DNA of 64,000 nt from Gemmatimonadales bacterium. GTDB lineage: Bacteria > Gemmatimonadota > Gemmatimonadetes > Gemmatimonadales > GWC2-71-9. A model generated the notes under the pieces. It saw only the letters and a program-made list of their open reading frames with translations, was not told the DNA's origin and ran no database searches. The stretch is from contig JBFGJG010000009.1 of the NCBI GenBank assembly GCA_041577295.1, positions 44,052-108,051 of the forward strand, read 5' to 3'. Numbering within the stretch: the stretch's first letter is position 1; each line of letters begins with the position of its first letter. Position numbers and translations under genes: made by a program. Positions 45,734 to 55,922 of this stretch are shown in pieces.

Positions 45734-47037
45734 GCGTTCTGCCCTCCGAAGCCAAACGAATTACTGAGCGCCACATCGAACCGCACACCCCGCACCGCAT
45801 TCGGGACATAGTCGAGGTCACACTCGGGATCCGGCGTCTCGTAGTTGAGCGTCGGTGGAGCAAATCCACTGGTCAGCGCCAGCACGCAGGCGCAGAACTC
45901 CACCCCGCCGGCGCCTGCCAGTAGATGACCGATCATTGACTTGATCGAGCTCACGGGAATCGCATCGGCGTTGCCGCGGAAGACTTCCCTGATCGCTCGG
46001 GTTTCCGTGCGATCGTTCATTGATGTGCCAGTACCGTGTGCATTGATGTAGCCGACATCCTGGGGGTCCGCCTCCGCGTCCGCGAGGCATCGCCGCATTG
46101 CTGTGGCAGCACCCGATGCGTCTGGCCGTTCATCGGTGATTCGGTACGCGTCGCAGGTGGCACTGTAGCCGGCTAGCTCGGCGAGGATCGGGGCCCCGCG
46201 GGCCCGGGCAAACCGCTCTCGTTCCAACAACACAACCCCCGCACCTTCGCCAATCACGAACCCATCACGGTCTCGATCGAACGGGCGTGCCGCGCGGGAG
46301 GGCTCGTCATTGCGACGGGAGAGCGTCCCGAGCATGCTGAATCCCAACACGCCAACCGGGTTCACCATGGCGTCCGTTCCGCCGGCCAAAACGGCGTCAG
46401 CGTCACCTTGGCGAATCATCCGCATTGCATCGCCGATGGCCTGGGAGCCCGCTGTGCAAGCCGTCGCAACGCTGCTGTTGGGACCACGGGCATCGTGCTG
46501 AATGGCGACGTGGGCCGCTGCGAGATTGGGCAGACCGCGCAGCGCCAGGATCGGGTTGGTGCGGGCACGATAGTGACGGGCAAATGACGGGACGTCAAAC
46601 GTTGGGGTTCCAGCTTCGTGTCCAGCTGCGAGAACGGCGGTAGCCTCACTCGCAAGCATATCGACATCAACCGGCCCCATTCCACCCACTCCGAGTGACA
46701 CGCCCAAGCGCCCGGGATCGACTGCCTCGTGATCCAACTTGGCGTTCCCTCGTGCCATTTCGGCCGCCGCGACCGCGAATCGCGTGGCCCGGCTCATGAG
46801 TTTCAGCTGCTTTGGCTGGGTAACGAAGTCCGCCGCATCGAAGTCGCTGTCGTGAACCTCGGCCGCGATTTGAGTCTCGAAGCCATCGCAATCAAATGCG
46901 GTAATTCGGCCTACGCCCGACCGACCCGCACAGAGTGCTTGCGCAAAGTGATCCGCGCCTACGGCAATTGGGGTTACTACACCCACGCCCGTTACGAGCA
47001 CACGTTCAGCTATCACCTGCTTCGGCATGGTCTCCAC
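45709..47037 (-). CDS. Beta-ketoacyl-ACP synthase II (FabF-like)
   Basis: TACTAG, NAHGTGT and KSMIGH (Cys-His-His triad); SNSFGFGG. Confidence 0.92.
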   Translation of the reverse strand: METMPKQVIAERVLVTGVGVVTPIAVGADHFAQALCAGRSGVGRITAFDCDGFETQIAAEVHDSDFDAADFVTQPKQLKLMSRATRFAVAAAEMARGNAKLDHEAVDPGRLGVSLGVGGMGPVDVDMLASEATAVLAAGHEAGTPTFDVPSFARHYRARTNPILALRGLPNLAAAHVAIQHDARGPNSSVATACTAGSQAIGDAMRMIRQGDADAVLAGGTDAMVNPVGVLGFSMLGTLSRRNDEPSRAARPFDRDRDGFVIGEGAGVVLLERERFARARGAPILAELAGYSATCDAYRITDERPDASGAATAMRRCLADAEADPQDVGYINAHGTGTSMNDRTETRAIREVFRGNADAIPVSSIKSMIGHLLAGAGGVEFCACVLALTSGFAPPTLNYETPDPECDLDYVPNAVRGVRFDVALSNSFGFGGQNACLLIRRC

Positions 47038-47473
47038 TCCAGACCCGCAGCATGTCCCGCCAAAATGCGCGATAAATCGGTGGTATGAGCTCTTGCTCGT
47101 TGAGCATGCGAAAGGTTAGGCGGGCGGTCGCAACTTCTCGCCCATTCACCGTGGCAACGCCGATCACGCGGATGGTACTCTCGTGCACGGCCTCGATCTC
47201 GACGGCCAGTTCAACGGCATCCCCCGGCCGTGCGAACGAAGGAAAGCGTGCTCGGTCGATGGTAGCCATCAAGGCAATCTGCTGTTCGTACGTGCGTGCC
47301 AGGAGCACACCCGCCGTTTGCGCCAACCCCTCGAGCAAGTATACCCCGGGGAAGATCGGATTGCCGGGAAAGTGCTCGTTGAAGACGTCTTCGCTGAGGG
47401 CCACCGCCTTGAGTCCAACAGCCCGCTGCCCGGGCAGTAGAGTGACGATTCGGTCTACCCAATAGTGGCGCAT
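47006..47473 (-). CDS. 3-hydroxyacyl-ACP dehydratase (FabZ-like)
   Basis: VDRI and HFPGNPIFPGVYLLEGLAQ. Confidence 0.9.
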   Translation of the reverse strand: MRHYWVDRIVTLLPGQRAVGLKAVALSEDVFNEHFPGNPIFPGVYLLEGLAQTAGVLLARTYEQQIALMATIDRARFPSFARPGDAVELAVEIEAVHESTIRVIGVATVNGREVATARLTFRMLNEQELIPPIYRAFWRDMLRVWSGDHAEAGDS

Positions 47474-47474
47474 G

Positions 47475-48248
47475 TCAATAGAGATCGAACCCGCCGTCCG
47501 CGACGATCACCTGACCACGTATCCAACGCGCATCCGGCCCCAATAGGAACCCGATGACTGGTGCCAGATCTGCCGGACGCCCCATGCGACCTGGCGGACG
47601 CCGTCGGCTCTCCGATTCGAGTTCCGCATACTGGGGAAAGCTTCGCAACGAATCCGTGTCGAGGGGACCACCACAAACCGCATTGACGTTGATGTCGGTA
47701 GGCGCGAGCTCAGCGGCGAGATATCGGACGATCGTCTCCAAGCTACCCTTGGCCGCGCCGATCGAAGCGTAACCGGGTAAGACCCGTCGCGCACCGAGGC
47801 TCGTGACCGCAACCACCGCAGCGGGCACACGGAAGAGATGCCGCCCGCGCGTAACGAGCTCGACCAGCGCTCCCACGTGCGTGTCCCACGCGATGCGCCA
47901 GCGCGGGCCGCGCGTCGCCGTCGCTGGTGAGAGTGCTCCGAGACCCGCGCAGTGTACGAGACCATCGAGCCGTCCAACCTCTCCCTCGATGCGTCCCACC
48001 AAGGCTTGGCACTCCTGCGCACTTGCCAGGTTTCCCTTGTGAAGCAGGACTCGCTGACCGCTGGCTCGCACGCGCTCCGCTACTTCCTCGGCGGCAGCAT
48101 CGTTGCGAAGGTAGGCAATGATGAGATTCCAATGGCGGGCTGCCAACTCGCCCGATACTGCGCCTCCCACACCGCGGCTCCCCCCTGTTACCAGCACCCA
48201 CCGGTTTGCCGCGGACGGCTCGTTGTGTACAGCAGGGGCGCCGTCCAT
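47475..48248 (-). CDS. SDR, enoyl-ACP reductase FabL-like
   Basis: TGGSRGVG and Y-X6-K (YASIGAAK); VRYLAAEL and DTDSLRSF. Confidence 0.78.
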   Translation of the reverse strand: MDGAPAVHNEPSAANRWVLVTGGSRGVGGAVSGELAARHWNLIIAYLRNDAAAEEVAERVRASGQRVLLHKGNLASAQECQALVGRIEGEVGRLDGLVHCAGLGALSPATATRGPRWRIAWDTHVGALVELVTRGRHLFRVPAAVVAVTSLGARRVLPGYASIGAAKGSLETIVRYLAAELAPTDINVNAVCGGPLDTDSLRSFPQYAELESESRRRPPGRMGRPADLAPVIGFLLGPDARWIRGQVIVADGGFDLY

Positions 48249-48259
48249 CTACGCCGACG

Positions 48260-49753
48260 TTACCGCTGCTGCTGAGGACGGGCAATCTCACGGTTGGCGT
48301 ACCGCTCGGCGGCAAGTTGAGCAGCGGCCCCCGCTACCTCAGTGATGCGGTCCAGCATCTCCGTCTGCGGCGTACCTTGCGCCGCCAGATGCAGCTGGTA
48401 GTACCCGCGACTGTGGAGCAAAACGGTCCGGTCCATGTCGGGTCGGGCTCGTGGAGCCGGAAACTCCAAGTCTGCCCAATCACCGGTCCGCGGCATTGCA
48501 TAGTACCGATCATCCGCGCCGGCAATTGCGCCGCGGATGTCTTCACCCCTGTGGTCCACGGCCCGAACAGCCGTCACGGTGTCCACATCCACGACGACGT
48601 CCGGACCATAGTCCACCGTAAACGAGTTGAGCGCCCAAAAACCCCGTGGCGGCTGAATCCGCAGACGCAGCTCGTTCCCTTGTACGTTGTGAACGTCCAA
48701 CGGGACGACTCGATCTTCGGCAATGAACGGACCGCCGCCCGGAAGCAGTCCACGAACCGCCCAACCATCCGGCTCCTCGACGGAGATCTTGAGCGTGTAC
48801 AGTTCCTCGCGGAGGTTCCAGGCGAACAACGAGTCGCGGGCTTGGACATCGCCGTCGATCATCGCATACCATGCCTCCACCTCATTGCCTCGCAGCTCGA
48901 GCATTTCACGGATCATGTGCGACCCCCAGAGCCCCGTTGCGACGTTCGCGACCAGCCTCGCGCTGGTGGCTCCGTCGGGCTTCGGGAATGTCAAAACGAT
49001 CTCCTGTCGGGCGTCCGCGTCAGGCTCAGCAGGAGGCGGCTCCCAGATACGCCGATCCGTCGCCTGCAACCAGTGGGTGAGATCCCGTCCCTCGCCGTCC
49101 GTGGCCGAGGTCAATCGCCGCTGCGCATTCACGGTGTAGAGGTTGCCAAACTCATCCACGGCCACGCGGGTCCCCTTCGGGTGATGTACCACCCAGAGCT
49201 CGAACAAGTTGGTGTACTGGGTCTCGCGGACTTCGTTCGTGACTCGCAATCGATAGATGCCACTGTCTTCGCGCAGGTTTTCAAGCTCGGAGTAATCGTC
49301 GCGCTCCAATCCCCTTGTGACTGCGCCGCCGTACGGTTCGGCGTCGAAGACGTAGCGGCTACCATCCCAGGAGTAGACGAAGGGACACGATTCCTTAGTC
49401 GCGATCGCAACGAGCGCAACAGCTGTAAAGATGAGGAGCGGTACGCCGATAACGGCGGCAATCGTCGCTGGCACGTTGACGGATTTTCGCTCGATCCACA
49501 CGCGCTCGACGTCCGTGAGCGCGACGTGGTAGGCCCTCCCTTGAACTCTCGCGAAAATCGTGTCCCTAGCGATCGAAGCTGGACCATCGAAGTGGACGGC
49601 CTGGCCACTCACGGTAGTCACAGCGATGATACGCTCTTCGGTCGGGACTCTCGCCTCTTCGGGGGTGGCTACGGTTGTGCTTGTTGAGTAGCAGCTGGTG
49701 AACTGGATCAGGAAGGAACACCACACAAGGATCGCGACGCAGCGTCTCAACAT
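48260..49753 (-). CDS. Large exported/membrane hypothetical protein with SCPFVYSWDG motif
   Basis: N-terminal signal/lipobox-like FTSC, one internal TM helix, C-terminal RTVLL.SRGYY. Confidence 0.75.
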   Translation of the reverse strand: MLRRCVAILVWCSFLIQFTSCYSTSTTVATPEEARVPTEERIIAVTTVSGQAVHFDGPASIARDTIFARVQGRAYHVALTDVERVWIERKSVNVPATIAAVIGVPLLIFTAVALVAIATKESCPFVYSWDGSRYVFDAEPYGGAVTRGLERDDYSELENLREDSGIYRLRVTNEVRETQYTNLFELWVVHHPKGTRVAVDEFGNLYTVNAQRRLTSATDGEGRDLTHWLQATDRRIWEPPPAEPDADARQEIVLTFPKPDGATSARLVANVATGLWGSHMIREMLELRGNEVEAWYAMIDGDVQARDSLFAWNLREELYTLKISVEEPDGWAVRGLLPGGGPFIAEDRVVPLDVHNVQGNELRLRIQPPRGFWALNSFTVDYGPDVVVDVDTVTAVRAVDHRGEDIRGAIAGADDRYYAMPRTGDWADLEFPAPRARPDMDRTVLLHSRGYYQLHLAAQGTPQTEMLDRITEVAGAAAQLAAERYANREIARPQQQR

Positions 49754-50046
49754 GGTCGCCCACCTCGGAATGTTTCCGCTAATCTACGCCTCATCTGGAG
49801 CTCGCGATAGAAGCGGATCCCCTCCCGTTCCGTCCGGCGGTCCGCACGACAAGCGTATCGCCCGCCCAAACACAGCATGGGCCAGCCAGCGAACCGGAGC
49901 GCTCGACTGGCGGAATCGCTCCCCAAGACCCATTCTTGATCGGGACAATCCCGCCAGCTCTGAAGCACCGGCTACCCCGCCAGCCGGGGGCAAAGCCGCC
50001 AATCAGTCAACTCCTGTCGACGCCACTTAGAGAAGGGGGAAAACGC

Positions 50047-50538
50047 GTGCACAAGCGAACCACCTGCGCGACGTTGTTGCTGCTGCTGGTTGCGCCCACC
50101 ATGCTGCTGGCGCAGCAGGGGATGGCCAAGGGGCAATTCGGGAGCCGGATCACCGCGTCGCAAACGACCGACCTACCGGACGGCCGAAGCATCGTCGTGA
50201 ACCACTATTATCAGGCGACGTTTGCAGACAATGCGCGTCATCCGCTCAACAACCTGGCCGCCGACTGTGTGGGGCAACTTCTCATGTCACAAGACGGCAA
50301 CCCGCTCTCCGCCAGCGGCTTCTGCTTTGGGAAAGACACCGCGGGAGACGGCCTCAGCTTTTCGTGGCGGATGGAGGAGGCGGGCACGAGCGCCTGCCCC
50401 GCCCTGTGCGGGACGTTCCGCTTCGTGAACGGCTTTGGGAAGTTCACAGGCGTTACGGGCAATGGCTCGTGGCGCGTGACCGCGCCATTTGCCGACGGCA
50501 ACATGGGGGTGTGGGAGAGTTCGTTCTCCGTTCCGTAG
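50047..50538 (+). CDS. Secreted hypothetical protein
   Basis: GGGGG/AAGG RBS, GTG start, signal peptide, four Cys in the mature part, G.GKFTG. Confidence 0.7.
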   Translation: MHKRTTCATLLLLLVAPTMLLAQQGMAKGQFGSRITASQTTDLPDGRSIVVNHYYQATFADNARHPLNNLAADCVGQLLMSQDGNPLSASGFCFGKDTAGDGLSFSWRMEEAGTSACPALCGTFRFVNGFGKFTGVTGNGSWRVTAPFADGNMGVWESSFSVP

Positions 50539-50623
50539 CAGACGATGCGCGGGCGGCGTGGGGAGGTGGAACTGGGATCAGCGCGTTGCGATCTCTCCGT
50601 TTCTCGCGCGAAAGGAGTCCGCC

Positions 50624-51070
50624 ATGCCGAGCCCAGAGAGCGTGGTTACAGTGACGGCGACGGTATCGGTCCTACTGGCCGCTTGTGCGGCAACCACGGA
50701 TCTAACCACTCGGCCGCTCGACGCCGGTGAGGCCTTCCAGTACCACGCGACGCAATCAGCAATAGTCGAGGCCGCGCGACAAGCCATCACGGACGCAAAG
50801 TTTGCGCTGGAATCAGAGCAAACTCCCGATGACTCGACGACGGTGCTCATCGGGACGAGGGCCACCACAACTCCTCGTGGGTTCGAGAAGGTCTCAGTGC
50901 GGATCGTCGCGCGACAAGTCTCGGATTCGGTGACGACGGTCCACTTGGTTGGACAAAAACAGACCATTCAGTCCGGACATCGGACACGAGTCACGCAGGT
51001 GCACGTCCATCAGTTGATCCCTTCGTTTGCAGCGCACCGCCGGTGGCGCGCCGTCAACAAACGGCCCTGA
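50624..51070 (+). CDS. Hypothetical lipoprotein
   Basis: AAGGAG RBS and lipobox LAAC. Confidence 0.6.
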   Translation: MPSPESVVTVTATVSVLLAACAATTDLTTRPLDAGEAFQYHATQSAIVEAARQAITDAKFALESEQTPDDSTTVLIGTRATTTPRGFEKVSVRIVARQVSDSVTTVHLVGQKQTIQSGHRTRVTQVHVHQLIPSFAAHRRWRAVNKRP

Positions 51071-51161
51071 GCATCGAGGAGCATCGGCCAAAACGAAAGC
51101 CGCGACTTTGTCGCGGCTTTCTCGCGCATCGGTGTGGCGAGGGCGCACGTCTTCGCAGTTG

Positions 51162-52319
51162 CTAGCGCCCGCCCGCGGGCTCCAACCGGAGAATGGGCGT
51201 CGGCTCGCCACGCCGGCTATCGATGGCCAGATAGATGTATCCGTCTGGGCCCTGACGGACGTCGCGGATGCGGCCCATGCCCTGCACGAGCGTCTCTTCG
51301 TGCACCACCCGCTGCCCCTCGAGCGTGAGACGGGCCAACTGCTCACCCACCATCCCCCCGACAAAGACGTTCCCCCGCCAGGCTGGGAAGCGGTCACCGG
51401 TATAGATCATCATGCCGGAGATCCCAATGGAGGGTACCCAGATGTGCACGGGCTGCTCCATCCCCTCCTGATGGGTGGCGTGGTGAATCGCGGCGCCTGT
51501 GCGGTAGTTGACACCGTAGCCGATGACCGGCCACCCGTAGTTTTTGCCGGGCATCACGAGGTTGAGCTCGTCACCACCCTGGGGCCCGTGTTCGTTCAGC
51601 CAGACGTCTCCCGTGTGGGGATGGATGGCGAGGCCCTGTCCGTTGCGGTGCCCATAACTCCAGATCTCGGGGCGGGCACCAGAGCGACCGACGAACGGGT
51701 TGTCGTTCGGGACTCGGCCATCCTCATGGAGCCGAATGGTGGTACCATGATGGTTCGAGAGATCTTGGGCCGGGTGCGCGGGCAGATCTCCTTCCGGCGG
51801 AGCCTGCCGGTCTCCGATCGTGAGATACAGATACCCCTTGCCATCAAAGGCCAGCCGACAGCCGTAGTGGCCACGACCACGGGATGCCGCCTCGAAGATC
51901 TCTTGGACGTTCGATAGACGATCGTTCTCGAACCGCGCGCGAATCACCGCGGTCGTGGAGTTGTCACCCACGGGCTTCGAGTAGCTGAGGTACAGCAGCC
52001 GATTGTTGGCGAAATCCGGATGGGGAACCACGTCAAGGAGCCCTCCCTGCCCCTCGGCATGCACGGTCGGGACCCCGGCCACCGGGTCGGGCAATAGCAC
52101 GCCGTTTCGCACGATACGGAGCCTTCCGGGACGCTCGGTTACCAACATGTCTCCATTTGGCAGGAAGGCGATGGACCAGGGACGCTCGAGTCCATCGACC
52201 ACCGGGACGACGCGATAGTCGTGGTAGGCAGACCGTAAGACGGGCGACTGCCCCATGACGGGCGTCGTCATCGCAACCAGCAACGCTGCGCTTGGGAGCG
52301 CAAACGACAGACGAATCAT
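51162..52319 (-). CDS. PQQ-dependent sugar dehydrogenase (GSDH/YliI-like)
   Basis: GLERPWSIAFLP, VTERPG, GQGGLLD, SYGHRN.QG, EHGPQGGDELN and RIRDV. Confidence 0.92.
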   Translation of the reverse strand: MIRLSFALPSAALLVAMTTPVMGQSPVLRSAYHDYRVVPVVDGLERPWSIAFLPNGDMLVTERPGRLRIVRNGVLLPDPVAGVPTVHAEGQGGLLDVVPHPDFANNRLLYLSYSKPVGDNSTTAVIRARFENDRLSNVQEIFEAASRGRGHYGCRLAFDGKGYLYLTIGDRQAPPEGDLPAHPAQDLSNHHGTTIRLHEDGRVPNDNPFVGRSGARPEIWSYGHRNGQGLAIHPHTGDVWLNEHGPQGGDELNLVMPGKNYGWPVIGYGVNYRTGAAIHHATHQEGMEQPVHIWVPSIGISGMMIYTGDRFPAWRGNVFVGGMVGEQLARLTLEGQRVVHEETLVQGMGRIRDVRQGPDGYIYLAIDSRRGEPTPILRLEPAGGR

Positions 52320-52525
52320 CTGGGTTTCCTCTTTTCGATCGTTCTCTAACCAATGGTGCGACGGTTCGCGCAGAAAGTTGAGCGGGAGAAACTCGGATCG
52401 CAACACCGCGTGCAAACGGCGATCGACATGAGCTGCGCAAAGTGACACCTGATTTTGAACCGGTACGCTGCGTCGCCCAGTGCCTCGCGACGCGTGCCAA
52501 GAATGGATCCAGGCGGGACTAGCGC

Positions 52526-54670
52526 TCAGCCGACGTCATGCGGTCCCGTGATACCACCGGACGCAATGGACATGTAGATGCGTGCCAGCTGTTGCAAGCC
52601 CTCCGGCTCACCGATGACGGTGAGATGATCGCCCGCGCGGAGTACCGTACTGCCACGTGGCACGATGCTATCCCCATAGCGTCGGATCAACGCGATGAGG
52701 ACTCCCGGGGGGAGCCTCAACTCGCGCAGGGCTCGACCCTCGAGCTCCGCCGTCGCGGCCTCGCGCTCAATGGTGAACGAGAGAACGCGGTCTCTGTGGA
52801 GGAGCGTAGCGCGCACTGCTTCGTCGCTCTCCGCCTCCAGCCAGTTGGCCATGAAATCGTCTTCTTCAACCCGCCCGGCCAGAGCGCCGAGGATGCGGAG
52901 GTGCCAGCCGGGATTCTCCTGGCCGCTCACGAGAAAGAACACGGCGCGCACCGGCGTGCCGTCAGTAGGAACTTCGATCGCATCCCACTTGATCCCCCGC
53001 ACCGTTCGGCCCAACACCAGCTCGGACGTTGGCAAGCCCGGCACGCGTGTGTGCAACAGGGCAGCGCCGTGCGCCACCGGTGTGAGCCCGCCTTCCAGCC
53101 CTTCGAGGAACTGCTTGATCAACTGCTCGCCGGTTACAGGGAGCCTGGCATGTAGCCGGACCGAGGCGTCCCGGACCAGCTTGGTCAGAGGTTCGGGGCG
53201 GGGAACATTGAGCACATACGCTCTCGCCACGACCTCATCGAACGGATCGTCGTCTCGCAACCCTTTCTCGCGGATAATCTCCCGTAGCTCGCGATCGAGC
53301 CCCATGAAGCGTTGCCGGCCGAGCCGCTCGAACACGTGATAGATGGCACCCGAACGCACCACGGATGAACGCGCGAAGATGGCGTACCACGCCAGCCCCA
53401 CCACCACGACGCCGGCACTGAACACGATTGGCCACAGCCCCAACATCACGATGAGTACGAGGTACACCAGAACGCCGACAATCTGCAGCCACGGGTAGCC
53501 GAACGCGCGATACCCAGGGTCGTAGGACTCGATGTGACTCTCGCGCATCACGACGACCGCGACATTGAGCAGCGCGAACATGAGCAACTGAAACGCGCTG
53601 GCTAGCTTCGCAACGCCCTCGGGATCCATCGCGATCACGATCGCCGCCATCACGGTGCCGGTGACGATCACTGCCAAGGTCGGCGTGTGGAATCGGCCCA
53701 AGCGGGCAAAGGCGCCCCACAGCAACCGGTCGCGTGACATGGCGAGCAAATACCGCGACGCTGCCAGCACGCCGGCATTGGCCGTAGACGCGAACGCGGC
53801 GATTGCGGCAATAACGATGAGCACCACACCGGTCCTCCCGGGGAGCCACCCGAAGAACGCCTGGGCCGCGGTTGCGACTGGGGCGAGATCGGCATGTAAG
53901 GCCTCTGGCTCGAGAACGGCCACGATGATCGTCACACCAACGACATAGATGACGGTAGTGACGGCCAACGAGAGCAGCATGCCGTTCGGGATGTTTCGGT
54001 CCGGCTTGCTGACCTCCTCGGCGACACTCGCCACCTTCGTCAACCCGGCGTAGGACACGAATACGAAACCCACCGTCGACAGCAAACCCGTGAGGCCGAA
54101 CGGCGCAAACGGGGCGAACTGGGTACGCGCCAACCGAGAAGGACCTAGCGAAACGACCGCCGCCAATCCTTGGACGAGGAAGAACGCGAGGACGGCGATC
54201 AGCACGAACACCAGTACTTTTTGGAAGCCCGTCGTCTCCTTCGCTCCAACTATGTTGAGCACGACGAATACCAGCGTCAGTCCGACCGCGAGTGGCTCGA
54301 TCTGCAGATGGACAAACAGCGCCAGGTAGGCGCCCATGCCGATGAGCGCGAACGCGCTCTTGAACACCAACGCCAGCCACGTCCCAAGCCCCGCCACCGC
54401 ACCTGCCTGCGGCCCCAGGCTGCGATCGACGAAATAGTACGCCCCTCCGGCCCGCGGCATGGCAGAGGACAGCTCCGCCGCACTGAGCATGGCCGGAATG
54501 ATCAAAATTCCCGCGAGGAGGTACGCGAGGACGACGGCGGGTCCAGCCTGGGCTGCGGCGAGACCCGGCAGGAGAAAGAAGCCGGAGCTGAACATCGCGC
54601 CCGTGCTGATCGCGAAGACGTCCACCAGCCCGAGCTGCTTCTTGAGCCGCTGGGGTTTCTTCAGACGCAC
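52526..54670 (-). CDS. APC amino-acid permease fused to PTS EIIA-like and TrkA-C domains
   Basis: GAMFSSGFFLLPG and MPRAGGAY; C-terminal VFFLVS..HLRIL and IRR..IVPRGSTVL. Confidence 0.88.
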   Translation of the reverse strand: MRLKKPQRLKKQLGLVDVFAISTGAMFSSGFFLLPGLAAAQAGPAVVLAYLLAGILIIPAMLSAAELSSAMPRAGGAYYFVDRSLGPQAGAVAGLGTWLALVFKSAFALIGMGAYLALFVHLQIEPLAVGLTLVFVVLNIVGAKETTGFQKVLVFVLIAVLAFFLVQGLAAVVSLGPSRLARTQFAPFAPFGLTGLLSTVGFVFVSYAGLTKVASVAEEVSKPDRNIPNGMLLSLAVTTVIYVVGVTIIVAVLEPEALHADLAPVATAAQAFFGWLPGRTGVVLIVIAAIAAFASTANAGVLAASRYLLAMSRDRLLWGAFARLGRFHTPTLAVIVTGTVMAAIVIAMDPEGVAKLASAFQLLMFALLNVAVVVMRESHIESYDPGYRAFGYPWLQIVGVLVYLVLIVMLGLWPIVFSAGVVVVGLAWYAIFARSSVVRSGAIYHVFERLGRQRFMGLDRELREIIREKGLRDDDPFDEVVARAYVLNVPRPEPLTKLVRDASVRLHARLPVTGEQLIKQFLEGLEGGLTPVAHGAALLHTRVPGLPTSELVLGRTVRGIKWDAIEVPTDGTPVRAVFFLVSGQENPGWHLRILGALAGRVEEDDFMANWLEAESDEAVRATLLHRDRVLSFTIEREAATAELEGRALRELRLPPGVLIALIRRYGDSIVPRGSTVLRAGDHLTVIGEPEGLQQLARIYMSIASGGITGPHDVG

Positions 54671-54873
54671 ATTGTCCTCCCGCGCTCAGTGGGCGCGGTG
54701 TGTGTCGGTACGCCGTTCGTCGTCCTGGTGATCGTATAAGACCTATTTGAATAGTGAGGGCTCTCGCTGGTCGGACGCAAGTTGGAACGCCCCTGCGCGA
54801 GCGCTTCGAAGATCTGCAGCAGTCGAGCCCCGGCGAGTTTCAGAAGCCGCACGCGACGCACCACAGCCAACCG

Positions 54874-54893
54874 TTGTGAAGCCACGTTCACAA
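54874..54893. promoter_or_regulatory. Palindromic operator candidate
   Basis: TTGTGAA-GCCACG-TTCACAA in a divergent intergenic region. Confidence 0.5.
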
Positions 54894-54980
54894 TCCGTTT
54901 CACATCCGCTCATTGCCCGGAACGATTCATTGTTATTCGGACCGCTCAGCATGCGGCGGCCTTTTTCCCGAGGGGAGGCT

Positions 54981-55910
54981 ATGACAACCTGGAAACCCAT
55001 CATCGCTGGCGTCGATGCTTCTGCGGAGAGCGCCTGGGCGGCGTCCTTTGCGTGGCAGCTCGCGCGGCGCGCGAGAACCGAATGCCGGTTGGTCCACGGC
55101 ACAACCCAGGTCAGCGACATCCCAAAGTTCCTGCATCACGAAGAACTCGATCTCGACGAACTGATCGACCACCTGACTATGCGCGCCCGGAAGGCGCTCG
55201 AGGACCAGCTCCGCGGGAACGTTCCGCCCGGCGCATTGGGCTCGCTCGAAGTCCGGTTGGACAAGCCCATCTGGGCACTCAAGCACGCCATCGAAGCGCA
55301 TCACGCCGGGCTCCTGGTGCTCGGAGGCAAGCATCACTTGGGATTGGCCCGTTGGGTGGGGGGGAGCACAGCACATCATGCGGCCCGGACCCTCGACGTC
55401 CCGGTCATGGTCACCGGCGCGGCCAGGCGATCTGTCGCGCGAGTGCTCGCGGCCGTCGATCTCTCGCACGCGGCGAACGAGGTCCTAGACCAGGCCCGGC
55501 GCATTGCGAAGGTGTTTGAAGCCGAGTTACGGGTTCTCCATGCAATCGAGCCGATCACGATGATCACCGAGCTCCCGCTTGGCGTCGATCACCGGGAATA
55601 CGAACGCAAAGCCACTGAGGCGTTCGATTCTCTCCTGACCGCCGCGTGCATTGGCGAGGTTCCCCGGCGGGTCACGCGAATGGCTGATCCGGTGCACGCC
55701 ATCACCGACGTCACGAAAGAGTGGATGGCCGACATTGTGGTCATCGGGTCCCATGGCAAGAACTGGGTTGATCGTGTTCTCATTGGCAGCACGACCGAGC
55801 GCCTGTTGAACAAGCTGCCGACGTCTCTGCTCGTCGTGCCGGTTGGTGCCACGACCGCCAGGGCTCGAGCAGCACACTCGGCCGGACGCGCCTCCGCAAC
55901 AACCGTTTAG
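54981..55910 (+). CDS. Universal stress protein (tandem USP domains)
   Basis: IIAGVDAS, VLAAVDLS and VIGSHG..LIGSTTE; GGAGG RBS. Confidence 0.9.
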   Translation: MTTWKPIIAGVDASAESAWAASFAWQLARRARTECRLVHGTTQVSDIPKFLHHEELDLDELIDHLTMRARKALEDQLRGNVPPGALGSLEVRLDKPIWALKHAIEAHHAGLLVLGGKHHLGLARWVGGSTAHHAARTLDVPVMVTGAARRSVARVLAAVDLSHAANEVLDQARRIAKVFEAELRVLHAIEPITMITELPLGVDHREYERKATEAFDSLLTAACIGEVPRRVTRMADPVHAITDVTKEWMADIVVIGSHGKNWVDRVLIGSTTERLLNKLPTSLLVVPVGATTARARAAHSAGRASATTV

Positions 55911-55922
55911 CGAAAGGCAACC

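Noticed and set aside
47475..48248. FabG ketoreductase call
   Set aside because: The catalytic spacing is Y-X6-K (enoyl-reductase type), not YxxxK.
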